From: Macrostomum lignano
Lineage: Eukaryota
Length of the DNA: 64,000 nucleotides
Direction of reading: 5' to 3'
NCBI GenBank assembly: GCA_002269645.1
Contig: NIVC01000846.1
Location: 62,001 to 126,000 of the forward strand
How positions within the stretch are numbered: position 1 is the first letter of the stretch; each line of letters opens with the position of its first letter. A program made the position numbers and the translations under genes. The notes beneath the pieces were generated by a model. That model had not been told where the DNA came from, made no database searches, and worked only from the letters and a program-made list of their open reading frames with translations. This document shows, piece by piece, positions 53,055-64,000 of the stretch.

Positions 53055-54300
53055 ATGGGGAAGCCTGCAGATGGGATCTCAACTTTATTGGGAGAAGGCA
53101 GCGGATGGGATTTCAATTTTATTGGGAGAAATCTGCGGGTGGGATCTCAACTTTATTGGGAGAAATCAGCGGATGGGATCTCAACTTTATTGGGAGAAAT
53201 CAGCGGATGGGATCTCAAATTTATTAAGAGAAGTCTGCGGACGGGATCTCAACTTTATTGGGGGGGGGGAAGTCAGCAGATGGGATCTCAACTTTATTGA
53301 GAGAAGTCTCCGGATGGGATTTCAACTTTATTGGGGGGGGGGAAGTCAGCAGATGGGATCTCAACTTTATTGGAGGGAAGTCAGTGGATGGCATCTCAAC
53401 TTTATTGGGAGAAATCAGCGGATGGGATCTTAACTTTATTAAGAGAAGTCTGCGGACGGGATCTCAACTTTATTGGGAGAAATCAGCGGATGGGATCTCA
53501 ACTTTATTAAGAGAAGTCTGCGGACGGGATCTCAACTTTATTGGGAGAAGTCTCCGGATGGGATCTCAACTTTATTGGGAGAAATCAGCGGATGGGATCT
53601 CAACTTTATTAAGAGAAGTCTGCGGACGGGATCTCAACTTTATTGGGAGAAGTCTCCGGATGGGATCTCAACTTTATTGGGAGAAATCAGCGGATGGGAT
53701 CTCAACTTTATTGGGGGGAAGTCAGTGGATGGCATCTCAACTTTATTGGGAGAAATCTGCAGATGGGATCTTAACTTTATTGGGAGAAATCTGCGGATGG
53801 GATCTCAACTTTATTGGGGGGAAGTCAGTGGATGGCATCTCAACTTTATTGGGAGAAATCAGCGGATGGGATCTCAACTTTATTGGGGGGAAGTCAGTGG
53901 ATGGCATCTCAACTTTATTGGGAGAAATCTGCGGATGGGATCTCAACTTTATTGGGGGGAAGTCAGTGGATGGCATCTCAACTTTATTGGGAGAAATCAG
54001 CGGATGGGATCTCAACTTTATTGGGGGGAAGTCAGTGGATGGCATCTCAACTTTATTGGGAGAAATCTGCGGATGGGATCTCAACTTTATTGGGGGGAAG
54101 TCAGTGGATGGCATCTCAACTTTATTGGGAGAAATCTGCGGATGGGATCTCAACTACTTGAATTGGGAAGTCAGCGGATGGGATCTCAACTACTTGAATT
54201 GGGAAGTCAGCGGATGGGATTTCAACTACTTGAATTGGGAAGTCAGCAGATGGGATCTCAACTAAGTCAACTTAAATGGGGAATTCAGCGGATGGGATCA
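53055..54300. repeat. About 41-43-bp minisatellite (GATGGGATCTCAACTTTATTGGGAGAAATCAGCG core)
   Basis: Direct reading. Confidence 0.93.
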
Positions 54301-55299
54301 TGACTTAATGAAAATAAACAAACAAACAAAAGGCCTACAGAGATTTTTTGCAACAAAGCCAAGCTCAAACACAACTCAGAGTGGATTGAAAACTGGCTGA
54401 CAGAAAGGCAAAATGGGAGTCTTGTCTGAGGGAGGAGGGGGCTCAACCAAAATCGAACCCCAACCCCACGAAAGCCAAGCAGACAACTTACTTTAGCACA
54501 CACATTTCTATAATTCTTACTAAACAAATTCCAAACATCACCATTGTTTTGTTCTCCACAGCCATTTTAATTTGACTGGCTTCCGTGACTCGCATAAAAC
54601 AAAAACTGTTGGCAAGTATATAATTCTCATTTCCCAGAACCAAATTCCCGCATTTAGAGACAGACAGGACGGCCGCACAATGTCCACTGGAGTGGAAGCG
54701 AGGGGAACACAAAGTCAGATGGCACCAGTCCTAAGAGAATCTATCTATACTCATGCATAATACAGTCAGTTGAGCCCGGGTCTGTCAAGGCTGATGTCTG
54801 TCTGTCAGATGGTTAAGATATACTTCTAGAGGAGCGACTTCAGTTCCGCCCACTTTGCTGCTAAGCGGCTTGGAAACAAGAGTTATTCGAGAGAGAGAGA
54901 GGTGCGCGCCCAAGTTCCGGGGTTTATAGGGCTGGAGGGGAGTGAGAGTTTAAGAAACAGAAGGGTTGTTATCTGGCCTGACCATGCAACAACATGTTAT
55001 GATAGATAAGAGTCTGATCTGAATGCCGTATGGGACGCGGTGCCCCTGCCCTCGACCCATCAGGTTAATGACAATGCTGTAACATACACCACTCAGTTTT
55101 GCCAAGTTTTGCTTTTAGTAGACAAGGCAGGTATATAAGTATGCGTGTGGTTGAAAGACAATTATATAAGTATGTCGTTGTTGGCACTGTGACTAATGAG
55201 CAGGCACTGTTTGCAGTTCCAGCCCACAACATGCTGTGCGTACAAGATCGGTGAATCCGTTATGGACCAGAGGATACCAGCTCAAAAGTTTATCTTTAC

Positions 55300-57455
55300 C
55301 AATCCGAAGCTTCACACAGAACCTTGAAGATTCATAGAAACCAAGATCCACACCATCCTAGAAAATTCACACATATATTCAAGTTTCACAAAAACCTTGA
55401 TGATTCACACAAACCTTAAAGATTCACACAAACATTGAAGATTCACAAAAACCTTGATGATTCACACAAACCTTAAAGATTCACACAAACATTGAAGATT
55501 CACAAAAACCTTGATGATTCACACAAATCTTAAAGATTCACACAAACATTGAAGATTCACACAGCCGTCGAAGATTAAGATAAACCTTGAGATTCACACA
55601 AACATTGAAGATTCATACAGCCGTCGAAGATTAAGATAAAACCTTGAGATTCACACAAACCATGAAGATTCAGATAAACCTTGAGATTCACACAAACCAT
55701 GAAGATTCACATAAACCTTGAAGATTCACACTAATTCGGAAGCTTCACACAATTCCAAAAGATTCACACAATCCTAGAAGATTCTCACAAACCTTGAAGA
55801 TTGACACAGACCTAGAAGATTCACACAAACCTTGAAGATTGACACAGATTTAGAAGATTCTCACAAACCTTGAAGATTGACACAGACCTAGAAGATTCAC
55901 ACAAACCTTGAAGATTGACACAGATTTAGAAGATTCACACAAACCTTGAAGATTGACACAGACCTAGAAGATTCACACAAACCTTGAAGATTGACACAGA
56001 CCTAGAAGATTCACACAAACCTTGAAGATTGGCACAGATTTAGAAGATTCACACAAACCTTGAAGATTGACACAAACCTTGAAGATTGACACAGACCTTG
56101 ACGATTCACACAAACTTTGAAGATTCACACAGACATTTAATATTCACACAAACATTAATTATTCACACAGACATTTCATATTCACACAAAACTTGAAGAT
56201 TCACACAGACATTTAATATTCACACAAACATTAATTATTCACACAGACATTTCATATTCACACAAAACTTGAAGATTCACACAGACCTTGAAGATTAACA
56301 CGGACCTTGAAGATTCACACAGATCTTAAAGATTCACACAGACCTTGAAGATTGACACAGACCTTGAAGATTCACACAAACTTTGAAGATTCAACCAAAA
56401 ACCTTGAAGATTAACACAGACCTTGAAGATTCACACAGACCTTAAAGATTCACACAGACCTTGAAGATTCACACAGACCTTGAAGATTCACACAAACCTT
56501 GAAGATTCACACAGACCTTGAAGATTCACACGAACTTTGAAGATTCAGACAAACCTTGAAGATTCACACAGACCTAGAAGATTCACACAGACCTAGAAGA
56601 TTCACACGAACTTTGAAGATTCAGACAAACCTTGAGATTCACACAAACCATGAAGATTCAGATAAACCTTGAGATTCACACAAACCATGAAGATTCACAT
56701 AAACCTTGAAGATTCACACTAATTCGGAAGCTTCACACAATTCCAAAAGATTCACACAATCTTAGAAGATTCTCACAAACCTTGAAGATTGACACAGACC
56801 TAGAAGATTCACACAAACCTTGAAGATTAACACAGTTTAGAAGATTCACACAAACCTTGAAGATTGGCACAGATTTAGAAGATTCACACAAACCTTGAAG
56901 ACTGACACAGACCTAGAAGATTCACACAAACCTTGAAGATTGACACAAACCTTGACGATTCACACAAACTTTGAAGATTCACACAGACATTTAATATTCA
57001 CACAAACATTAATTATTCACACTGACATTTCATATTCACACAAAACTTGAAGATTCACACAGACATTTAATATTCACACAAACATTAATTATTCACACAG
57101 ACATTTCATATTCACACAAAACTTGAAGATTCACACAGACCTTGAAGATTAACACGGACCTTGAAGATTCACACAGATCTTAAAGATTCACACAGACCTT
57201 GAAGATTGACACAGACCTTGAAGATTCACACAAACTTTGAAGATTCAACCAAAAACCTTGAAGATTAACACAGACCTTGAAGATTCACACAGACCTTAAA
57301 GATTCACACAGACCTTGAAGATTCACACAGACCTTGAAGATTCACACAAACCTTGAAGATTCACACAGACCTTGAAGATTCACACGAACTTTGAAGATTC
57401 AGACAAACCTTGAAGATTCACACAGACCTAGAAGATTCACACAGACCTAGAAGAA
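55300..57455. repeat. 19-bp minisatellite (GAAGATTCACACAAACCTT) with about 1-kb higher-order duplication
   Basis: Variant block CTAATTCGGAAGCTTCACACAATTCC recurs at about 55731 and 56719. Confidence 0.95.
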
Positions 57456-58357
57456 AAGGCTCGTAACCGAAATTCAGAGATGCTTCACAGAAATTCATAA
57501 CTTTGATTCAAATTCTCTGCATGCTATAAATTCGTTTAAAAACACACAGTGACTAAAAGTTGCCGTCGGAAATCTCCCAAAGCCTGCCCACTTGCTCATT
57601 AAAATTAGCAATACCCAAGTCTGTGCACAAACCTGCAATTATAATCAAACCGAATGCCTCGTAATAACTTATTCAATAATTGATCACTGCTGGTGATAAA
57701 GTATAAAGTTCCCCCCCGGAGTTAACTCGCACACTTTGCTAGCCGAGTGGAGCAAATGCCGACAATCAGTCAGGGCAGCTTAGCAACCAAGCAGGTATGC
57801 GAAAAGGAAGAAATACCATAGACAGACTTGATTAGCCCGGACCCATAGAGGGGGACCATGAATTGGCTCGGGCACGCCCATCGGCTAAAGAGAGAATAAC
57901 TTACTACAATAAAGCCAATTCTTACAATGTGCAACCGCACGCAAGCAGGTCTCTGCAACAACAACTACCTGTCAATTTTCGCGAGGCTGAGGGGAGGGCA
58001 GCTGCTCGAGGCGAAGCAACCGCGCCGCCATTGTTGAAGCCCTGGGAGCTTCCGTATGCCATATTGAAAGTTTTTCTAGGCCTTCAACGACACATTGTTT
58101 GAAGCTTTCTTGAGTCAGTTTTTATTGGCATAATTACACCCTTCTGACTCCGGCTCCGGGCATGGAAACTGAGTCTATTGAAATTTGAATGTGCGAGCTT
58201 TATCAAAAGAGCATCCACTTTTTTAGCAGTTTTATTGAATTTTGAATTTGAAAAAGCTGAACTTGCCATATAGGGGTTATAACAAAGATATTTATTGAAT
58301 CTGCCAAAAAACTGTTTTAATAATTGGTACGTGCGAGCGTAAAGTAGCTCAAAGGCC

Positions 58358-59455
58358 AAGGAATAGAATGGATTGCTAATCTAGCCTACATCAATGATGA
58401 AGGAATAGAATGGATTGCTAATCTAGCCTATCAATGATGAAGGAATAGAATGGATTGCTAATCTAGCCTGCATCAATAAGGAATAGAATGGATTGCTAAT
58501 CTAGCCTACATCAATAATGAAGGAGTAGAATGGATTGCTAATCTAGCCTACATCAATGATGAAGGAGTAGAATGGATTGCTAATCTAGCCTACATCAATA
58601 ATGAAGGAATAGAATGGATTGCTAATCTAGCCTACATCAATAAGGAATAGAATGGATTGCTAATCTAGCCTACATCAATAATGAAGGAGTAGAATGGATT
58701 GCTAATCTAGCCTACATCAATGATGAAGGAATAGAATGGATTGCTAGTCTAGCCTACATCAATGATGAAGAAATAGAATGGATTGCTAATCTAGCCTACA
58801 TCAATGATGAAGAAATAGAATGGATTGCTTATCTAGCCTACATCAATAATGAAGGAATAGAATGGATTGCTAATCTAGCCTACATCAATGATGAAGGAGT
58901 AGAATGGATTGCTAATCTAGCCTATCAATGATGAAGGAATAGAATGGATTGCTAATCTAGCCTGCATCAATAAGGAATAGAACGGATTGCTAATCTAGCC
59001 TACATCAATGATGAAGGAATAGAATGGATTGCTAATCTAGCCTACACCAATGATGAAGGAATAGAATGGATTGCTAATCTAGCCTACATCAACGATGAAG
59101 GAACAGAATGGATTGCTAATCTAGCCTACATCAATGATGAAGGAATAGAATGGATTGCTAATCTAGCCTACACCAGTGATGAAGGAGTAGAATGGATTGC
59201 TAATCTAGCCTACATCAATGATAAAGGAATAGAATGGATTGCTAGTCTAGCCTACATCAATGATGAAGGAATAGAATGGATTGCTAGTCTAACTAAGATG
59301 AAGGAATAGAATGGATTGCTAGTCTAACTAAGATGAAGGAATAGAATGGATTGCTAGTCTAACTAAGATGAAGGAATAGAATGGATTGCTAATCTAGCCT
59401 ACACCAATGATGAAGGAATAGAATGGATTGCTAATGTAGCCTACATCAATAAGGA
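58358..59455. repeat. 41-42-bp minisatellite (GAAGGAATAGAATGGATTGCTAATCTAGCCTACATCAATGAT)
   Basis: Direct reading. Confidence 0.95.
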
Positions 59456-60547
59456 AATAGAATGAATGCTTATTATGCCTACAGAAAGCTGTTCTGTAAT
59501 AAATTAAATTTACTCAATCAGATGATGTGCATTTTCGGCTCATCAGAATAAACTCGTTAAATCAGACTGCTCGAACTGCCAAGTTCTCACCTTGTTGCTA
59601 AGTCACTGAGGCCGATATTTTGCCAAACTGCTGCTGAGAAGCAACCGTCAGATAAGAGGCCGTCTTTTGCCCGCCCTGCCTGCCACAGCCATTTTGCCTG
59701 TGTGCCCGCCACCCCGACACAAAAAAGCTGCTTGATCAGCTTCTCCTTTGCCTTTCTCAGCCAGCCAGTTCCCAGTTCCCACACCAACAGAGCCACCCCT
59801 TGGGGGAGGTGGGCGGAGAGAGCTCTTAATGGACTCGAAACAGAAGGTCTTTTGATGTTGGCAGGGAGTCATTAGCAGGGCGAATTAGTTGGAAAAACCG
59901 ATGGCCCAACGAGGCCTCTGAGACAATTTAATTGAAGCAGCGGCAGCAGCAGCCTATAGGCAATAAAACTTCTGCTCCAGGAGGCTCGCAGAGATCTCCG
60001 ACCACTCACTTCAAGTGATTTACCGGGGGGACCCAGCAGGGGCACTGTCACTTCCCATCAGGGCCGGGGCAGTCTCAGCGGGCCGCCAGAGACCTAAAAT
60101 CCCCGAGACTAATGGACCCGCCCCGGAGGCCAATTTCGCAGTCATAAATAACCGCTGACAACTGGGGGCCCCGGCCAAAGCCGAGGCGATCACGGAAAGC
60201 AGAAACAGAAGGACGGAGAGATTGCGGCTTGAAGAGTCAGTAGGAGACAACTAAAGAGAAAGTTGGCTTTTAAAGTAGACTCGCATCTGCCGCGAACATG
60301 TAGATTCAGTCCGATGGTAAATTTTTATGAATTGGAGACAGGCAGCAGCAGGAGCGGTTCTCCACCCAATCCCAAAAATGCCCCGGCATGCTCATATTTT
60401 ATTATCTCAACTTCTGTCAACAGTATAAGGCTTCTAGCTAAAACATTTATGACTTCTAGATGGCCCTGCGCTTCATAACTGAGTAGACATGAGCAAGATG
60501 CTGCCGACTTCACCCGGATGGGCCAAATTATAAAGTCATGCTACCTA

Positions 60548-60842
60548 ATAAAAACAAAAAAAATACCAATTGATTACACTTGCCCCAATTGGGCCAGATG
60601 TGCAACCGACAGCTCAGCCGCAGCTATTGCGCGGCGCATCTGAAGGCTGCATACGGCTGTTCAGTTCAAGGACCGGGGGCCTTCATTCAAGGACACACTG
60701 CCTCTATTTCCCCAGCAGAACTGGGCGCAATGCAGAGTTAAGTGTCTTGCTCAAGGACACAAATTGTTCCGAGTGGGATCTGGAGTCGAACCCCTGACCT
60801 TCAAGTCGCTAGTCTGATGCTCTGACCACTAGGCGACAACCC
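60548..60842 (-). mobile_element. tRNA-derived SINE with target-site duplication
   Basis: Minus strand: A box TAGTGGTCAGAG, B box GGTTCGACTCC, then GTGTCCTTGAGCAAGACACTTAAC; T-rich tail; TSD ATGCTACCTA (60538-60547) / ATACTACCTA (60843-60852). Confidence 0.85.
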
Positions 60843-61574
60843 ATACTACCTAGCTGCTGCAAAAAAACGCGTTGCATGCCTACTTAATAAATGTATCAGT
60901 AGGATAAAACGCGCACGACTGGAAAAAATGAATTAAAAACCAAGTCGAAAGAAAAAATGAGACGCGCAAAGTCTAGAATGACTCAAACTTCTGGAGTATA
61001 TTATATTGTTTTTAAAATTGTGTAGAATCAGTTTTTTATTTAAATACACGCGAGTGTGTATTATATACACAAAAAAGTCTGTACAGGAAAAAACCGATAT
61101 CGATAGAGAGAGAGAGAGCAACAGTGTCCCAGCCAACAGTGTGTTAGTACAGTAATATTAAACGAGTATGAATAATAGTACACATTAATAAATTGCATAG
61201 TAACTAAGGATTGTAAGCTCGGTAAAGACAGACGGACATGAATGAGACTTATACGCAAAAAACAAAAATAAGGATAAAGAGCGTGAGATTGCGAGACAAG
61301 CTTGGATTCACCGGCAGTTAGTGTAAAAAATATATGACCAACAAAAAAGGTATATAAAACGCTTCGGTTAGCTGCACAGGTATATCGAATTGTTAACAAG
61401 GGAAAGATATACAGCCACTAAATTTGTTAGGTCCGCTAGCAGCAGCGAATTAACATGATAATTTCAGTTGTCAGGCTGGGACTGCTGAAGGGGGGCTTCT
61501 AGTCCAGACACTACCGTAAGTCCAGAGAGTTTTAGCTATCCTTGTCCGAGGTTAAATACGGTGAGGTTTATAGC

Positions 61575-62420
61575 CTAGATATGTCCCATCCCTCAGTCTA
61601 GAAATGTCCTATCCCTTAGTCTAGAAATGTCCTATCCCTCAGTCTAGAAATGTCCTATCCCTCAGTCTAGAAATGTCCTATCCCTTAGTCTAGAAATGTC
61701 CCATCCCTCAGTCTAGAAATGTCCCATCCCTCAGTCTAGAAATGTCCCATCCTTCAGTCTAGAAATGTCCCATCCCTCAGTCTAGAAATGTCCCATCCCT
61801 CAGTCTAGAAATGTCCCATCCCTCAGTCTAGAAATGTCCCATCCCTCAGTCTAGAAATGTCCCATCCCTCAGTCTAGAAATGTCCCATCCCTCAGTCTAG
61901 AAATGTCCCATCCCTCAGTCTAGAAATGTCCCATCGCTCAGCCTAGATATGTCCCATCCCTCAGTCTAGAAATGTCCTATCCCTTAGTCTAGAAATGTCC
62001 TATCCCTCAGTCTAGAAATGTCCTATCCCTCAGTCTAGAAATGTCCTATCCCTTAGTCTAGAAATGTCCCATCCCTCAGTCTAGAAATGTCCCATCCCTC
62101 AGTCTAGAAATGTCCCATCCTTCAGTCTAGAAATGTCCCATCCCTCAGTCTAGAAATGTCCCATCCCTCAGTCTAGAAATGTCCCATCCCTCAGTCTAGA
62201 AATGTCCCATCCCTCAGTCTAGAAATGTCCCATCCCTCAGTCTAGAAATGTCCCATCCCTCAGTCTAGAAATGTCCCATCCCTCAGTCTAGAAATGTCCC
62301 ATCGCTCAGCCTAGATATGTCCCATCCATCAGTCTAGAAATGTCCCATCCCTCAGCCTAGATATGTCCCATCCCTCAGTCTAGAGATGTCCCATCTCACA
62401 GTCTAGAAATGTCCTATCTC
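61575..62420. repeat. 23-bp minisatellite (GTCTAGAAATGTCCCATCCCTCA) with about 375-bp higher-order duplication
   Basis: Variant ATCGCTCAGCCTAGATATG recurs at about 61933 and 62301. Confidence 0.95.
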
Positions 62421-62671
62421 ACATTTTCATGTTGTCTTATCTCATCTACCAGCAATTCTGTATAAACGCATTTACAAAAGATTCAAGGTAAATAAAAAGC
62501 ACACAGAGGTAGACTGCACCGAACAAACAAACAAACAAACAAGCAAAAAAGCAGCCCAAAAAGCAACAAATTAGGGGCTTTGGCTGACGGCACAAGAGCA
62601 CAACACAAGTGACTATTGAATTATAAGCTGGACAAAATAGCAGGAATTGACATGAAATGCTGCTGCAGTTC

Positions 62672-62922
62672 TCAGGAATTTCTGTGCAGAGCTCGCAGAC
62701 AGCGCAACAGATTCTGGCGTCGGCGAGCTCTCTCAACTCGGCTGACCAGTTTGAGCGCTGGGCCGACCCTGGCGCCCATGCCCAGCACCAGGGTGTCCGC
62801 GGTCAGCGATTGAAGCGCCAGGCCGTCGACAGAGTGGCGCTGAAGCAGCGGCGCCAGCTCTGACAGGCGCCAATAGCGGAGGCCGCGACTGACCTCAGCA
62901 TTGGACCAGCCGGACATGTCGG
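62672..62922 (-). CDS. Last exon of a Polycomb-type SAM-domain protein (Scm/Sfmbt/L3mbt/Ph-like)
   Basis: WSNAEV..L..H.VDG.AL..LT.D.LV..MG.RVGPALKL SAM pattern; acceptor ttccgcag| at 62923 (phase 1). Confidence 0.82.
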
Positions 62923-62964
62923 CTGCGGAAAGCAACCGGGAGGTTTGGGAATGATGTGGCTTGG

Positions 62965-63660
62965 AAGCTGAGCTTAATGACCGATTAGAGGGACCCAATG
63001 ACAATAGGGAAGCCAAGCTTAATGACCGATTAGAGGGACCCAATGACAATAGGGAAGCCAAGCTTAATGACCGATGAGAGGGACCCAATGACAATAGAGA
63101 AGCCAAGCTTAATGACCGATTAGAGGGACCCGATGACAATAGGGAAGCTGAGCTTAATGACCGATGAGAGGGACCCAATGACCATAGGGAAGCCAAGCTT
63201 AATGACCGATTAGAGGGACCCGATGACAATAGGGAAGCTGAGCTTAATGACCGATTAGAGGGACCCAATGACCATAGGGAAGCCAAGCTTAATGACCGAT
63301 TAGAGGGACCCAATGACCATAGGGAAGCCAAGCTTAATGACCGATAAGAGGGACCCAATGACCATAGGGAAGCCAAGCTTAATGACCGATTAGAGGGACC
63401 CAATGACCATAGGGAAGCCAAGCTTAATGACCGATTAGAGGGACCCAATGACCATAGGGAAGCCAAGCTTAATGACCGATTAGAGGGACCCAATGACAAT
63501 AGGGAAGCCAAGCTTAATGACCGATGAGAGGGACCCAATGACAATAGGGAAGCCAAGCTTAATGACCGATGAGAAGGACCCAATGACCATAGGGAAGCCA
63601 AGCTTAATGACCGATTAGAGGGACCCAATGACCATAGGGAAGCCAAGCTTAATGACCGAT
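62965..63660. repeat. 45-bp minisatellite in the SAM-gene intron
   Basis: AGCCAAGCTTAATGACCGATTAGAGGGACCCAATGACAATAGGGA, about 15 copies. Confidence 0.95.
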
Positions 63661-63712
63661 CAAAAACACAAAATACGAGTGGTTTGAGAGAAAAAATAAA
63701 TTCAAAACTCAC

Positions 63713-64000
63713 AATCGGGCTCCGCAGCATCCTCTTCAGACTCAGTTACTAACACCGGTGCGTGCGCGGAAACTGCTACAGATTGATCTGCCTCATCAAC
63801 AATAGAAACATCGTCATTGTCGGGATTGGACTGCAGCGCCGGCTGAGGCGGCGGCGGCGGCGGCGGCGGACTGCCAGCGGACGAGGATCTGTCCGAGAAG
63901 GCGGACGGCGACGCCGTGGAGACGCCGGACGCGCCAGACGCCTGTTTGACTTTGTTTCGGTTGGACTGGAATCGACTACTACTACTTGTACTAGTAGTAT
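63713..64000 (-). CDS. Penultimate exon (partial) of the SAM-domain gene; Ser/Pro-rich linker
   Basis: Donor T|gtgagt at 63712 (phase 1, fits the SAM exon); frame open to the window edge (...SPPPPPPPPQPALQ...EEDAAEPD). Confidence 0.75.

Noticed and set aside
58084-58359. 91-aa minus-strand ORF (FELLYARTYQLLKQFF...)
   Set aside because: No ATG start, recognisable motif or convincing splice sites
60770-60842. tRNA-like sequences here and at about 1580-1651
   Set aside because: They continue into a shared SINE body and tail, with a TSD for the 60.5-kb copy, so they are SINE heads rather than tRNA genes
31325-63660. Arrays with 36-46-bp periodicity resembling CRISPR
   Set aside because: No unique spacers between repeats, no cas genes, eukaryotic context
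4210-63730. Long repetitive ORFs in the track (e.g. 4301-5156, 11789-12584, 31242-32655, 33837-34783, 38070-39283, 40158-41258, 47742-49309, 53033-54303)
   Set aside because: They are open in several frames on both strands with period equal to the repeat unit, and many lie inside defined introns; they are by-products of stop-free minisatellite units

Overview
Eukaryotic (animal) genomic DNA. Large GC-rich exons, short introns swollen by tandem repeats and tRNA-derived SINEs resemble the flatworm Macrostomum; this taxon call is inference. All recognisable genes are on the minus strand and were rebuilt by hand from splice sites with consistent phases. (1) A complete Integrator subunit 1 gene (INTS1; 7 coding exons, 7495-21460, about 2079 aa) with one GC-AG intron and a hAT-inside-hAT insertion in intron 1. 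(2) A 4-exon, about 492-aa cytochrome P450-fold gene (CYP20-like, 23847-28648) with Ser where the heme-ligating Cys is expected and no I-helix AGxxT. (3) An Hmx/NK5 homeobox gene (47002-51073) flanked by long gene-poor regions. (4) The 3' end of a Polycomb-type SAM-domain gene (62672 to window end). (5) An orphan exon near 1.2-1.4 kb. About 30 mini/microsatellite arrays cover roughly 24 kb (about 38%, hand estimate), and almost every intron carries one. Most long ORFs in the supplied track are read-throughs of these arrays. There is no CRISPR array, rRNA or bona fide tRNA gene.
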